NCBI RefSeq assembly: GCF_902459465.1
Contig: NC_047081.1
Location: forward strand, 868,001-932,000
DNA: 64,000 bases
Direction: 5' to 3'
Source of the DNA: Asterias rubens
Taxonomy: Eukaryota
Numbering within the stretch: the stretch's first letter is position 1; every line of letters begins with the position of its first letter. Positions 33,813 to 49,100 of the stretch are shown here, in pieces. Below the pieces are notes generated by a model. The model was not told the origin of the DNA. It ran no database searches and saw nothing but the letters and a program-made list of their open reading frames with translations. The translations under genes and the position numbers were made by a program.

Positions 33813-34243
33813 TTAAAGACAGTGGACACTATTGATAATTGTCAAAGACCAGTCTTCTCACTTGGTGTATCCCAACATATGCATAATAAAAAAAACTGTG
33901 AAAATTTGAGCTCAATTGGTCGTCGGAGTTGCGAGATAACTATGAAAGAAAAAACACCCTTGTCACACGAAGTTGTGTGCTTTCAGATGAGATGCTTGAT
34001 TTCGAGACCTCAAATTCTAAACTTGAGGTCTTGAAATCAAATTCGTGAAAAATGTCTTCTTTCTCGAAAACTACTTCACTTCAGAGGGAGCCGTTTTTTA
34101 CAATGTTTTATACTATCAACAGCTCCCCATTACTCGTTACCAAATGAGGTTTTATGCTGATAATTATTTTGAGTAATTACCCATACGGCGCTATACGATC
34201 TTTGGTAACCATGGTAACTACCAATAGTGTCCACTGCCTTCAA
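33813..34243. mobile_element. TTAA-bounded MITE (family A; Kolobok-like by AG...CT termini, inferred)
   Basis: TTAAAGACAGTGGACACTATTG ... CAATAGTGTCCACTGCCTT; body shared with 44492 and 50538. Confidence 0.85.
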
Positions 34244-37200
34244 AGGGAGAGTATACCTTTGGTAACTACTCCATAAAATAAAGACCATAAAAATTTCTTG
34301 GTAAAGAGCATTTGAGAGCTGCTGATATTATAAAACATTGTTAGAAATGACACCCTTCACTAGTCTGCAAAGAGCATCAAAGGCACTCTGGAAACTAATT
34401 ACTCAAAATAATTGTTAGCATTAAAACTTACTTGGTAACCAGCAATGAAGAGATGTTGCTAGTAAAAAACATTGTGAGAAACGGCTACATGAGTGTATCT
34501 CTGAGGTAACATAGTTTTTGAGAAATAAATAATTTCTCACTCAAATATTAAAAGACTTTAGGGATCAGGAAGAACATAAATTTGTGAAACAAGAGTGCTT
34601 TTTCTTTCATTCTTGCAACTTAGGTGATAAATTCAGTCAACTATTTTTCACAGATTTCTTATTTGATGCATATGTTGGGATACACCAAGTAAGAATAGTG
34701 GTCCTTGACAACCGAGTTCGGTGTCTTTACAGGTGGCCTTTAAGTATATTCAGTTACGAGTACAAATCAATAATTGACTATGCAATCAGCCCTGGGTATT
34801 GGCTGGAACCAAGTCAATCCGGAGCCAGTCTTTTCCTCTACAATCCGTTTCCTTCTGATTTCCTTGTTAAGGCCCAATTTGAAGGATAAAACGTGGTTTC
34901 ACCACACAAATACTCCCATGCTGAACCATGCAATGTACTTTGTACAACACAATGACCATGGGAATGGGAAATATTGTACGTATACAAAGAATCAATCCTA
35001 GCGTTTAACCTGTGTATGTCTGCAAAGTGCAAATCTGATTTTTTTTGTCCAGGGTCTTTTGTCTGCAGGGTCCCACTTCTGTGTTAAGTACTTTTTCCTT
35101 GGATAGGATCCTGTCATTGTTTGACAGATGTTCCTACATTAATGCCAACATATTGGTCATGCACCCTGTGTGCAACTCACAATAACGAAACCCGATTTCT
35201 GATTAAACCAATTGGGGATCAGTCTATTTTGTACTTCTTGCCTTGGTGGCTACACCATGACGTAGGTCAAATTGAAAGGGTATTTTGGCTGGTAGTATAC
35301 AAAGCATAGATTTGTTGTGCTTAGCAAGTTTTTGTGCTTGAGCAACCAGTTTGTGCATCTATAGTTTTACATTTTCAGTAATATTATGCAAGTGTGTTAA
35401 GATTAGTTTAAGGTTGAATGAATATTAATTTAATTTATTTGTATTTTTTTATGTAATTCATTATGTGCCAGCAAATAAGAAGTAAGTACGAACATCTAGC
35501 AAAAATATAATACAAAACAAATATCATAAAACACCATTAAGATTGCACGAAAAGGTAAATAAATACTGCATCTAGGATTCGACCTCACTCAATACAAACT
35601 ATAAATAATATGTATTGTGTACAATTATATAATTTCCATTATGTCATTTTGTCCATTATGTAACCTTGTAATTAAAAACCCATCTTTGCTTAGAGTTGTA
35701 TGAATGGATTTTCACACATTAGTGCTTCTTGCATTAATTTCTACCAATCCCATTGTTGTTGGATTGTGAATGATAATACTGAAGCAATCTTTAGTACATG
35801 TATGTTTGTGCACAGCTTGATGTTTTGTTATTGTAATGAACCAATTCACTGGGGATGGAAAATCCCGAAGGACAACTGGCCAGAGTCCAATAATTTAAGG
35901 CAGGGATCACTTTTAACTGTTAGTTTCAACACATCAGGATCAGTCAAAATACACTCCAAGTGGTCCAGCTGGCTAGTAAAGTGTTTGAATCCCTAATTAT
36001 GAAATATGGACTAATTTCTGGTGTATTCTGATTTACGAGACATGTGGTCTAACAGAAATTTTTCTTGACATTTGAGCCCTTAAGAAAATGATCGCCTTTA
36101 CAAATTCTCAAACTAGTTACCAATTGCTTATTTCAATTACCGGCTTGACGCAAAAAAGTAAATAATAATAATACATGAAATGACAAAAAAATCCTCACAA
36201 AACATGATTCTTATTGATTTGAATAAAGCATGACCACAGGTTGGTGTTGTATCATTTTAAATATACAGTATTCTCGAAAATCAGTTTGATCATGTCCATG
36301 GTTTGATTTACTTAAAAACTCCTCCCAAAACATTGATGTCCGTTTTACTTTGTCTTCCAATTCGTCCATTCTCCTGTATACAAATGTACGACTACACACA
36401 GTTTATTTACCCACACTTCAAAATGGCTTGTCAGTCCACCCAGCTTATTCTCCGCATTGCATTATGCGTGGAAGGAGACGAGCAAAAACTATAAATATGC
36501 AGAGTGCGTACGCCGTGGCGCATATTTGTGGTCGGGCAATGCATTAGGCAGCTTGGTCAATTTCCTCTAGCCTGCACACATAAGACGAGAGTGGCTAGCT
36601 GGGAAGCGAGTCGGGTAATTTAAATAATTTCATCTATCAGTCAGACTCACGCTCAGTAAACACAGAGGTTTTTCAATCTGGACGAAATATTCTCTGTGTG
36701 GGTCGTTACAATTAGTTACAATGTCTGTAGTATTTTCTGGAATATAATTTTGTTTAGCCTTACAAACCGATGTGTTCTGAGCACTGCACTTTCCTGAAGT
36801 CTGTGCAAAAAATAATAAATCCAGAGGCAAATCACTCAAGTGGGAAATTCTTTTTGACAGAATCGCAGAATCAAACCTTGCAAGTGTTAGGGAGTGACAC
36901 AAATATACTTTGTGCAACCTGTGAACTTGTGTGTTACAGAATATGTACGATCATAATGGAATGAAAAATAATAACAGTAACACAAATTCTAGTCATTGTA
37001 AAATAAATATTGGTCTTACTAATACATACTAGTAAATATTTTGAATTACAAGCCCTGCAGTCTTGTGACTTTACTCCCAAATCAAAAAGTAAAAACTGCC
37101 TTGCCCAAAGAACAAGAACAGTTCGCTGTTGCCTCAGTATTTTCTGCAAAGTTCAACTGTTTGAACGTGAGTGTTGCTTCCGGTCCTATAAAAGCGTCCC

Positions 37201-37597
37201 ATGGAAATACATTTTACATGACATGGTAAACAAAACACCCAGACATCAATTCAATACAAACAGCCAGGATGGCCGATTGACAAACTGTATTTTTTTGTCC
37301 AGGATACGATCAGCCGTACCTTGACACTTTGAGAAATCTGCATATTTGTTGGTTTTGTTACGTCGTCAATTGACATCGCATCAAGTTGTAAACATATCCA
37401 GGATGCTACTTAAAATGTACCATCCCAATAATCTGCGTGTTTTTTAGTTTTGTTAAGGACGTCGTCAAGAACACTTTGGCGAAATGCATGATGAAGTACA
37501 GGAATATGATAAAACCATACTTATTACAAAATATCCAAATGCATGCTTGTTTTATGAACACCAATGGTCATGGTCATCCATGGTCAAGCTGCCTGTA

Positions 37598-37730
37598 ATA
37601 GACTGCAGGTCTTGCAATCGCAAGGTTGTGAGTTGCCAATCCTACCAAGCTAACTGCTGAGTGCTGATTTCACAATGACTAGAATAGGTATTGCCATCTA
37701 TTGTAGTTACTGAATCTATACTTGCTAAGA
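37598..37730 (+). mobile_element. SINE 5' fragment, second family
   Basis: AGACTGCAGGTCTTGCAATCGCAAGGTTGTGAG...ATCCTACCAAGCTA matches the head of the 6179 and 12567 copies in the opposite orientation. Confidence 0.6.
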
Positions 37731-40700
37731 CTTTTCATGCATTGCTATTATGATAATGTTGCTGTTATTTCTGAGGGGAACAAATAATAAATAATCCGAC
37801 TATTGTAGGAAGAATATCATTCTTTAGTCACCGTGTAAAATAACATTTCAGTAACGCTGTCTAAAAACAAGCCAAAAGATTCCAAATCTCTTGTAAAAAA
37901 ATTGCACAAAATACTTAATGGCCTGACGTTCGAACCTATACATGTACATATGTACATTAGTAGAGTCTTTCTTGAGGGCTAACAAATTTCTGTTCGTTTT
38001 TCGTAAAACCAAACAATGTCTGGATGATTATGCGAATCGTCAATTTGGAGCAATCCTCTACAATATCTTGTTACTCTTGTAATTGTGCGCATACAGGTTT
38101 TCAAATACATGAACCATTAAGGCCAGTAGGATAAGATAGTTAGGCAAAAGTCTAATGGCACTCTAATGCATCCTACTAGCCAGTCCACTTTTATAGCCTG
38201 CAATTAGAAGCGGAACCCAATACGTGGGTCAATCTGCCTCAATGGGTAATTGGGAAAAAACACATCCTGTGATGTGTACAAAATTGACACTTGCTTGTTT
38301 GTCCGCATGGTAAAACAACAACTTCTCTTTGGTTAGTGTTTTGTTTTAGCAAAGTCACCTTTGTTTTGTGCTAAAAATTATAAAAAAACATTTGTAGTAA
38401 ACTTGGCCCCCCCTATTGGTTTTGTACTAAAAACAAAGACAAAATGTAGAACAATTGTTTAAAAAAAGACGAGCGTGGTCCATTCCATGGCCTTTCTGGC
38501 AGGCAAGATACGACACTCATAACACTGGTCATATGGGAAATTTTAAATTTTATGTCACAATTTCAACATCAGTTCATGAGTTAAATTGGTAAATACACAT
38601 AATAATAGACTGTTGCATGAGCAGCAGTCTACTAAACGCTTTATGAAGCAACCGTGAAACAGTCGCGAAATCGCCCAACCCTGAACCTACATGTATGATT
38701 TGCGGCACATAATAAATCCATGTTTGCAAGCTCAATGATGCCAAACTAGAATTGTATGAGGTACATCAATCATTATACGTGCACACAAGAGTTTAAATAC
38801 AACATTGGCTGGACAGTTGATATAAGCTTCCCTCGGTATTAGAAGTTGACAAATTACAAAAAAGTGCCCTGGGAGCTCGTTAGTCAATTTCCAATAGCTC
38901 AAGAAAATACTTGAACACCGACTGTCCACTCAACCACATTATTATTTAATTCTAAAATCAGTCTTTCATTTCGGCACCCACCTGGTTTAAGTTCGAAACC
39001 CGACCGCCAAACTCCGCCCGGCACAACGTATGTTTCCCAGTGTTCTGAAGCCTCCCGACACCACCACTCAAGTCCACTCCGTGAGCCAAAAACCTTTTGA
39101 ACAATCCGCGGACCCCTTCCGTAATTTAAACAGTGGTGCCGGCAGACAACCGGTACCCCTTCCAAACACTGGTAACCATGAGTTACCCTTGTCGCAGTCT
39201 TAACCCCTGCAGTAAGTGTTACACCCATGCTCCCCTCCACCTTAAAAGAGTTGAGGCCAAGTGTTAGGCTCCTTCCTAACAGAATTATCCGACAGGAAAT
39301 TATTTTAAGTCAAGGGGAAGGAGGGGAGATTTGGAACTAACCCGTAGGATGTTGGTCTTGTGATGCATTGGGGAAGGTGGGGGGAAGTCGTTCAGGAACG
39401 GTAAAGAAGATGTCATTTGATCGGCTCTGGAGTCAATTTGACACAACTAGGCCTAGACACAATCGACGCTTATCATGCCTTCAACAACTGATTCCAGCTT
39501 CCCTTTGGTGTTAAAGAAGACACAAAATGGGTGCAACACCACAGGGGTCGCGACCTCTACAGTACTTCTCCAGTCACTGCTCCGTGCCCCCTTCAACAAC
39601 ATTTTTATTTTAGAGTGACCTTAAATACTCACAAAATATTGGCCTTGCCCTCCTCCTGACCCTTATGTGCTACCAAACATTCTCGATGTGCACATCATGC
39701 ATGTAACTTGCCCTTAAAAAATTGTGCTAGTTTGAAATTTGGTTGTGGTTGCCTCTGCACACATAGGAAAATAGATTGGTTCCCATTTGTAGTACCGGTA
39801 AGCGTGCACACTCACAAATTTGGTATTCAGGAGCTTTTTGGTGCCGTGGGGCCAATTTCATACTGCCGCTTATTGGTAAGCGTATTTCCAAGGTTACATG
39901 TACATGAAGCAAGAAAAGTAGGCGGCCAGCTTGCACATTCACCATGAATACATGTACATTACGTCTATCCATTTTCATACAGTATAAAAAGCACCGGAAG
40001 GTTAGCATGCCTATTTTGTGTGCCTTTGGTTAGCAGCGAGCAAGAAATGGAAATTGCAGTAAGCAACTGGTAAGCACAAAATCAGTCGTTAAGCAGCTCT
40101 ACAAAATTGGGCTTTGGTACATTAATATCTTGTGAGTGCAGCCTACATTGTACACATAGGTAGGTCATCTGGTCAAACAGCTGACCCCCTTTTACCCTGA
40201 TCACGAAGGGGAGGGGGGCAACCATCCATGTGGGTGGCTTTAGCAATTTAGGCTTAAAATCCCTGGCTGCGACAATTCAATTTACCTGAAGTCTGGCTTT
40301 GATTCGGGTTAAGCCAGGGCCGGACGGGTGGGGTTGCAATACATTGTATCTGGCTAAGACGGGCTGTCTGACTTTGTAATGATTCCAATGTTTACCAACG
40401 AGAGATGACAATAAGCAAAATAACAATGCGGCAAGTTGGTTTTTAACTTTTGGGCCAGGCTTAGTTTTTGTTCAATGTCAGGGACGTGATGTTATGTTAT
40501 TTTTATTTACTTATTGTTTGTTTGTTTCTTTTGATTTGAGTTTTCGGGGGGTGTTGGAGGTGAAGGAGACTGTGATTGCTGTTGTTGAACTCAATCTGTT
40601 TGTTTTTGTTTATTTTTATTTAGAGTACTCATAAATTATATTTCTTGTAAGGGGCTAGTCTGGGTTAACTAGCCAGCATGATCAGTTACATGTAGCTTGT

Positions 40701-42364
40701 CATTTCACTAGGCCCCGACCTCTTTCACAAGTCCATATTTTATATTTAATAGGGATGGTTTTCAACACTGAACTAGCAAGTGACTTGTCCACAGTTTTTT
40801 TTCACTAGAATTTGGTCAGCGGACCACTGTTAGGGAGAACACCATTGCCTCCGAGACCTTAGTGTAATTCCAGCTAGGCATGGAGCTGTCTGGATATAAT
40901 TCATGCTGCATAATCTTCAATTGATTATTGAAAGTGGGAATCTCATATCAAAGGTTCCATCTTAATGAAGTACACACGTACCCCAGCCAAAGCCAACGTA
41001 TGCCAGCCAACATCTTACTGGGATCAGACTTGGTGCCACACCCTAAAGTCCACCCAACCCCTAAAACTAAAGGGGGGTGCCATCATTTAGGAATCACAAT
41101 AAGTGTTTCAACATGTGTAGTTGCAATAATCAAAACCCTCCCATCCTTCCGGCGGTCACAGATGGAGGATTGAGGGAATGGAGGGTTACGATAATATCGC
41201 AAAGAAATTGATCCAACAAAAAACACTAGACATTTATCATGGTGCGGCCATCTTGATTTTCTCCCATTCAAATCAATAAACCAAACTGAGGCAGTGTGTC
41301 CTTTGTGCTCATTCAACAAAATCCCACATCTGGTGAGTGGTAATAAAAAAACACTTTTCTGTTTTTGCTCAGGACAAGAAACAAATATGAGCTTCCACCT
41401 AAGTTACTTCCACCTTCAAGAAAGATGTTCCTGTCAGAAAAATGGTGAGTGAACTCATGTTTCATTTGGGGAAAATTGCAGTAATCAAACTATTTTTTCA
41501 TTCATTATTTATGAATGACCAAGAAAATTTATCGTATAAATACTGTAGGCTATTGGTTTCATGGATTTTTGAATTGAATAATTCCCTTCAAACAAACTCC
41601 TCTGGGGCCACAAATCAGGAATAAAAGGTCACTATCCATTTAAAGTGTAAACAGAAAGGAGTCAATTTGTAATAATTTTCTTATTTTTGAGGACAAAAAA
41701 CAAATTTGAGGTTTAGCAAGACTCGACAACGAGTCATCATTACCAGACACCTTGATTGGGCAGTGGTTGAAATTCGTTTGATTTAATTTAATGGTCTGAT
41801 GGTCAGGTGAAATTATCACAATCAATGATGTTGGACTACGCGGGTTGGTTACGTGTCAAAGAGGGCGCTGTACAATCTTCCGGTAAAAATGTTATGAATG
41901 ATATATTGATAATTTTACTATTGGTTGATAAATCTATTATTTAAATTTTTATTGTCAATAATCAAAAATTATATTAAAACAATGAATTGCAGAGCTGCAT
42001 TATTACGTTTTAATTTAATTTTTTTTTTTAATTCAAATTCAATTAAAACTTATTAAAATACTGAATTTAAGAGGGCCTTACACAATTTAGTACAGTGCAC
42101 AGACAGACAGGGTAACACACACACAGTCAGTGAACACCGAAAGTCACAGAGTCAGTGAACACAGCTTGGACATGACATTATTGCATTGTGTGTAAATCAC
42201 TAGTATAAAATGGCCTGATGGTTTTAGCTGAATGATTATTGTTTGTACAAAATAAATTTGTAAATAAAAACTGCAAATTACATGAGTAAATTATTGACAA
42301 TCATTGTTGAACCTAAATCAGGCAAAACAGTATTTCATCTACAAATAATCACACAGGAACTTAC

Positions 42365-42900
42365 CTTATAAATGAGTGGTTTACGCTTCCAGTTATCTAA
42401 AAAGCGACATATTTTTTAGAATTTTCCTTCAAAATAAAACCTCTCGACACTGACGTCAGTCGCTTAAAAAAGACGAGAGACGATTCTGCAGATTTCTCGA
42501 TAAATTTCAGAAGATTAAAAACCGATTTTCACATCCGATCGCCGATTTCTCTATACGGTATTTATCCTTGAGTATTATCCATGAAATTGTGGCTTTTCAA
42601 CATGGTTTCCTGCCGAATGATCCCTTATTTTTTCTAGATTTTGTGACATTCGGACACTTCGTCGGAAAAATATCGTAAATGCTAATGAATGAACTATCGG
42701 ATCAGGCGTGTGGTCTACGTCATAGGTTTATGCGTACCCAATCAGTAAACTTGTCCAAGTCACGTTATCACAGGATGTCAAAATATTACGATCACGTTCA
42801 TTGTCGCTTCAGGAAATCCGTCAAATCCTAACGGGTGAATGGTTGGCTAGTTTATTATAGCTAAAAGGGTCAGTTTATGGACAAGAGAGGGCGCTGTAAC
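42365..42900 (-). promoter_or_regulatory. Probable JNK promoter and non-coding first exon
   Basis: Consensus donor AAG|gtaagt after 42365 on -; locally CpG-rich against CpG-poor flanks; CRE TGACGTCA at 42451-42458; the JNK ATG exon has an acceptor at 28714 and so needs an upstream exon. Confidence 0.55.
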
Positions 42901-44491
42901 TTTTAATTAAACTCTTGGTGGAAAAAACAGATTGTGGGTGTGGCCATCTGAGACTGTCAGTCTAGCCGGGCGTAACCATCTCTAAGAACACCGAACTAAT
43001 CAACTTGAGATATGTTCAATTAAAAGTTATTTTTCAAGTAACTCAGGACTCATATATCAAGTTACAGAATGACTGAAGTCTAGTAACTACGGCTACTGCG
43101 GATCCTGACTGAGAATTACAGAATTTAGTTTAGGCACCCTTACGATCGTATGCGTATCATTTTGCTTTGACCTAGTTTTTACAAATACAAGTTTGCAAAA
43201 TTTGAAATTGTACCCAATTTGTATTACTGCAAAACAAACCTGAAGATTGAAAATCAAATAATGAAATTCCCTAGGGTGTTTCCATGGTGATTATTTTTAG
43301 TAGAACAAGTCGCATAATTCAGAACACAAATAATTGTTGTGACTGAATAAATGATCTGGGTGAAAAGTCATAGAAATAGAACCCATAAAAGTTAAATAGC
43401 GCCCCCAGTTGACAGAAAGGAGATGATAAAACTATCTACCGTCTTCTATCACTAAATCAAGACAGACGGATTAGTTTTCCTTTCCCCTTTGTCTTGGGCT
43501 GATTGTGAAGCCAATGAGATATTATAATTGAGTTGATCTATTTAGATCTTCAGTTTTGAATCTGAACATTATGAAAAACAGGAAACTTAAACTGCCTGTT
43601 CCAGATTGCTTTTAGAAGAAGTAAAATCTCAAAAGGAGGCCAGTGACAGAAAGGGGGCGGGGGTGTCGGAACTGGTGTCTATGCCTGGAAACTGTAGTTT
43701 GAATTTCCCAGAAGAACCCCAAGAAAATTGGGTGCCCCCCTAGTGCCCCCACCCCCTTATTTGTTTACCCAGGTTTGACGCCGCTTTTGGCACACCAAAG
43801 TTTGATCATAGCTCATAATCTTGGAAGCAGTAAATAGAGCCAGCGAAGTCGGTTGGGAAACCAGTATCTTTGTATTTATAGATTTTATTTGAAAAATACT
43901 AATTATATAATTGAGCACAATATTCATATCATACAGTAAACCTTACATGATATAAATTATTTCTAAATTGAAATCGCCTAAACTTGCAATTTGGGATTCT
44001 TGTATAATAAAAAAAAAAACATACAGTCAGTTTAGAAGTCTTAATATTATGTGCACATCATGCACTTCATTTATTGCCCGATTAAGCAGAGCACCTTTGA
44101 ATAATCAACACATAGATCCTTGTTTCGTGGGCTTATTTTGGTTTTGTAATCAAATTTACAGACTTTCTTAAAACAGAAAAACTACAAAAAATGCATAAAA
44201 TACTTTGAAGGTTTTTAAGCACAAACAATAACTGAGTACAAAACAAAAATAATAGTATGCTTCCAAGCAAGGTTATCAGCCAAAAGCCTAACGTGGGTAC
44301 AGTCTGTGACTGGTATCCTGCTTACTTTTGCTTTGCAGAAAATGTTAAGCAATACTTGTTTACAGAAAAAAACAAAAACCAATGAGAACAAAATCTAAGA
44401 AAATTTTGCAATTCACCCAAAAAAGTTTTGGTTAAATCAAGTACATATTTTAATCTGTACAAACATTTCAAAGTTGAACAAAACACTTGAG

Positions 44492-44867
44492 TTAAAGCCA
44501 TTGGACACTATTGGTAATTGTCAAAGACCAGTCTTCTCACTTGGTGTATCTCAACATAATATGCATAAAATAACTAACCTGTGAAAATTTGAGCTCAATC
44601 GGTCATCGAAGTTGCGAGACAATAATGAAAGAAAAAAACACCCATGTCACACGAAGCTGTGTGCATTTAGATGGTTGATTTCGAGACCTCAAGTTCTAAA
44701 TCTCAAAATTCGTGGAAAATTGCTTCTTTCTCGAAAACTATGGCACTTCAGAGGGAGCCTTACCCACAATGTTTTATACCATTAACCTCTCCCCATTACT
44801 CGTCACCAAGAAAGGTTTTATGCTAATAATTATTTGAGTAAATACCAAAAGTGTCCACTGCCTTTAA
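44492..44867. mobile_element. TTAA-bounded MITE, family A
   Basis: TTAAAGCCATTGGACACTATTGG ... GTGTCCACTGCCTTTAA; same body as 33813. Confidence 0.87.
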
Positions 44868-46103
44868 TAAAACTACACCATTTCCTGTTATATTTTTCAA
44901 CTTTGCTGCTTTGAGCCCACTAAAGAATACTAAAAGCATGTCTCAAATTTACATAATTTGCAATAGAACTACGCTATACAACAGTGTTTCCAATAAGAAC
45001 AGTAAATTTAACAATATATTTCACATTAAACCTAGTCATATTGTGATACATTGATAATTAAAAATAATGCTTCAAAAAAGTTATCTAAATATATCTTACA
45101 AAATTTATGGATAGTTTAAATTGTAGGCACTTATACTTCCAGGTGTTTTCAATTTTCATTTAATGAAGTTTTTAATAAAAAAATAATTTTATGATGCATA
45201 TAAATTCTATTATTACAAAAATATCAGATTCCTTTGTATAAACAGAGTATCGGCAATGCCAAAATTAGGGTAGCAAATTCGATAACCCCTGAAGTTATTG
45301 ATTCCAAAGAGCTTTTGGGAATAGTGTTATCATAGTGTCAGAAAAGTAGATCAAGAGTCCGACTTATTTAATTTTGAGAAAAATACAAAATGTATTGGTA
45401 CTTTATGAGACAGATTTTAAAGGTATGAATTTAAATAAAAGTCTGACTCAGCTCACTTACTGACAAAATGATGAGTAGGTTCTTTTTCTGCAAGAAATAC
45501 AACTGTATTTGGCAAGCATCCGTAGCAACTAAACCATCTAATAAGTTCACAGAAAAACATATTGTTGAAAATGGTAATTTGAAGCAGGAGATCAACCGGC
45601 CCTGTCAAAATCACTTACTGACAGAGCAAACTCATTCAAGAAACTACTGAAGACACACTTGTTTCACAGACAGTGATTTCTATTTGGGGGCCATCCTTGT
45701 TTTTTTATTTGGTAGTGCACATAAAGGAACTCAGAACAGTTGTCGTTGAAGTAAAAGGGGTTTACACCAGTGATGCTGGTTCACAAGAACCCTTGTTTAC
45801 AGGTTTCCTCAGGCTTGTGAGCTACAGTGATTAAGTTTAGTTATGAGTAATCCTTGGTTTCATTACCAGAAGTAGATTTGAAAAAGAAAAGAAGAAAAAA
45901 AAACACTAAAAGAGCGATGAAGAAACAATATTTGTAACATGTGGCATAAGTGTAAAGCTCTTTGTACCAGATCAATCTATGGGTAATTTGCAATTTGCCA
46001 TACAGCCAAAATGGCAGCGCCAACGAATATCCCAAATCAGAATTTGCATTGACACTGATCTATCCGACATCCTCTGGGGTTGAATTTTCTCTAGAAGCAG
46101 AGA

Positions 46104-49100
46104 TCATTTGGGTCCATACTCATTGATGAATGCATTTAACTGCTTCAGGAGTTGCTTGTTTCGTTCCTCCGCTGCCTTCCTGCCTGATTCCTGCAAGAAA
46201 ACAACAACAGAACAATTAATAAACAACAATATGGAAACTTGACCCTCCTACTGACTGACCATTCAATACCATCCCCTTGAGATTTACAGCACATTTTTTA
46301 GATTTCTCCTGAAGAAAGGGTAACCCACTTCTTAACTTCTCTTCTTGAAACAAAAGTAAAAGAGGTTTACCTCATTATCAAGTTGAATATGAAGCCCCTC
46401 GCATTTGATCTTCCACTTGACAAGCTTCTGCTCGTGCTCTTCCTGCCTAGTTCGCTTATCTAACTTCAACTTCCGTATCTCGTCAATAAGTTCTAAACGA
46501 GATGGAGTGGTCTCCCCTGTGGAACGAAGTGTACCATTCTCAGGCATCCCTAAGGTCAGGTCGACGCCCATGGAGTTGGAATTTCTCTTCGGGGAGACGC
46601 TCTTGGCAGGGCCGGCGCCGGCAAGCGCGGGATGAAGTTCACTTAATGACTTGGGGTTGCTAAACTGTAATGCTGTGGGGGACGTTGATGTGATAGTCGA
46701 ATCTAAGTCTATCACCGAGGCATTCCTCGAACCCACTTCAGAGTTACCACTTAAGTGTTCACTGCTCGTTTCCAAAGTGCTGGAGTCTGATATCGACGAC
46801 CTGTCATCATGGAAACCGAACGCACCGTCCACACTGTAACTACGCTTTGTGAAAGCAGCATCCGCGGAGACTTTAATCCAATCATCGGCTGGACCCAAGT
46901 CTATCAAGAGGCTATCATGGTTAAGTCCGTCCTTCCTTTCTCTGGGAGCAGGGACTGGCGCAGCCTTGCTCTGGAGCTCTTTCAATAAGTCCAGGCTAAC
47001 TGGCGAGGATGGCACATTCCGTACTCCTTTACGAGGAGGAGGTGTGGGATCCGACTTATTCCTGAAATCAATCTGATTGTTCGGTGGGAACATCACATCG
47101 TGCTCTCGGATAAGAAGAAACAGGAATTTCTGGCTCATGGATGTTGTCTCCATGAGGGATGTCGCATTCTCAAGCGGCGGTCGGAAGATATTCGGGCCGA
47201 AGACAGTCGCCAGATTCAACATCCCCATCTTGTTGTAACACTCGTACTCCTGCACGTCTAGGAGGAACTCACAGAGGTACTTCAGTAGGTTGTAGTTGGT
47301 GCGGGGGAGGAGCGCAAGTTGCTGGATGAGTTCCTTACGTCCTTCATCCTCGTTGCGTATATGAAGCTTGATGCCGTCGTAGAAGCTCTTGTAATGCTGC
47401 CAGGGGATGAGGGGCTCTGGGAGGAGACGAAGGTAGAGCTTTAGGAGAGAAGCCACGGTGTGGATGTCAGTGTTCATGGCTGTGAAGTCAGGTTTCTCGC
47501 CGCAATCAAACCTCTCCTGGAGCTCTTTGATAAGGCTGACACGTCCTGGTAACCTGTTAAAGTAAAAGCTGACATTAAATTTGTGCTTCTTCCGTATGAT
47601 CAACAACTGACTATGCTACTTCAAAAAGAACATTCCCTCTGTTAAGATATTTTGCAGTTTGAGTATGGCTTTCAATCATCAATTCCAAGAGAGAAGCATT
47701 TATGGTCAAGTGCTTCAACCTAAGACCTGGCCTTAAAATGGTTGATGTTGACAACGGGCATTGGGCAAAGAGACCTGATTCCAAATATCAGGACAACGTC
47801 TAAGCTCAACCCTAAAAGCATCTCAACTAATATTCCTGGCTGCAGAGAAGCAATTAGTGCAGAATACCATACCTGAAGATCCCTTCTTCCTGCAGTCCCC
47901 TCTCCCTGAGCTGCTCCACACATTGCTCCACGATGGATGGGATCTGCTTGGTACTCGTTGTACTTTCATTCGTGATGGTGTCCAGCAAACTCTGACCAAA
48001 TATTCCTGGTGGAGAAAAAAAAGCAACGTGTTGAAAAACTAGCTACTGACCCCCTGCACTAACGTCACTAAGTGGTTACTGCAGCCAACAAATAGGATGT
48101 CGGTCAATAGCCCTGGGTAGCATTTTATTGGATATGTCTTCAGTTTGACTTTCACCCCAACTGCGGCCTTGCATAAACCTTTACTTCTTAGATGAACTCA
48201 GTTTGTTATAATTAGAGTACCGGCACGTTAATCCGGAGGTCATTGGTTCAAATCCCGCTTTAGTCAAGTTTTCTGTGTTAAAGCCTGAATAATTTAAAAT
48301 TTACCCAGTTAGTTTCCCTTGTGGTTTATCTAAAAGAAAAAGTTGCATCCCCTTAAGGTGATCCCCCGGGCTGCTGCTTCCCAGCTAATATCATAAACTT
48401 GGGTGTGATCCCTGGCTTCACGGCAGCTAACCGTTGTATGGCTTCTGACTGGCACCCTAACAAAGGTATCAACAAATTAGGGAGACCGCCGACATAGGGC
48501 TAGATAGCTGGTACATTAATCCGGTGCTCATAGGTACAAATCCAGCTCTAGTAGACTTGTCTTTGTTCAACCCAAAATCATAGGGCTAGATAGCTCAGTT
48601 GGAGGTCTTTGGTGCAGACCCCCCCCCCCCTCAAATAAATCTTTCTTTGTTCAAACCCAAATAATGTTAGACATCTGTTTTGAATCTTGGACTGACCTCC
48701 GCCTTTCTGTTTGTAGATGGCTCGTCGGATGACCTGCACCCATTCATCTGCTTCTTGAATGCTACTCGCCCACAAGATGAAGGTATCATGGTTGCCTGCT
48801 ATCTTTCCCTGACCCTCACTTCCTGTCGGTGGAAAACATAGAAAGAAATTTGTTCATTCACTCATACTGCTTTGGTTTGTCTGTAGGTGGATGTCTTGAT
48901 GTTCCCAGATCTCTCATTCATGCTGGTGGCTGGGCTTTTTCTGTATCCTGCCCCTTGGCTATGGAAAAGACTTCCCACTCATGTTAGGAACTCAACTGGT
49001 CTCCTGCTTTTAAAAAGGCTCTCAAGACTTATCTTTTCTCTGGTCGCAAGTAGACCCAATAACTCAAAATGTTACCCTTAGATTATGATGCTATGTCTGA

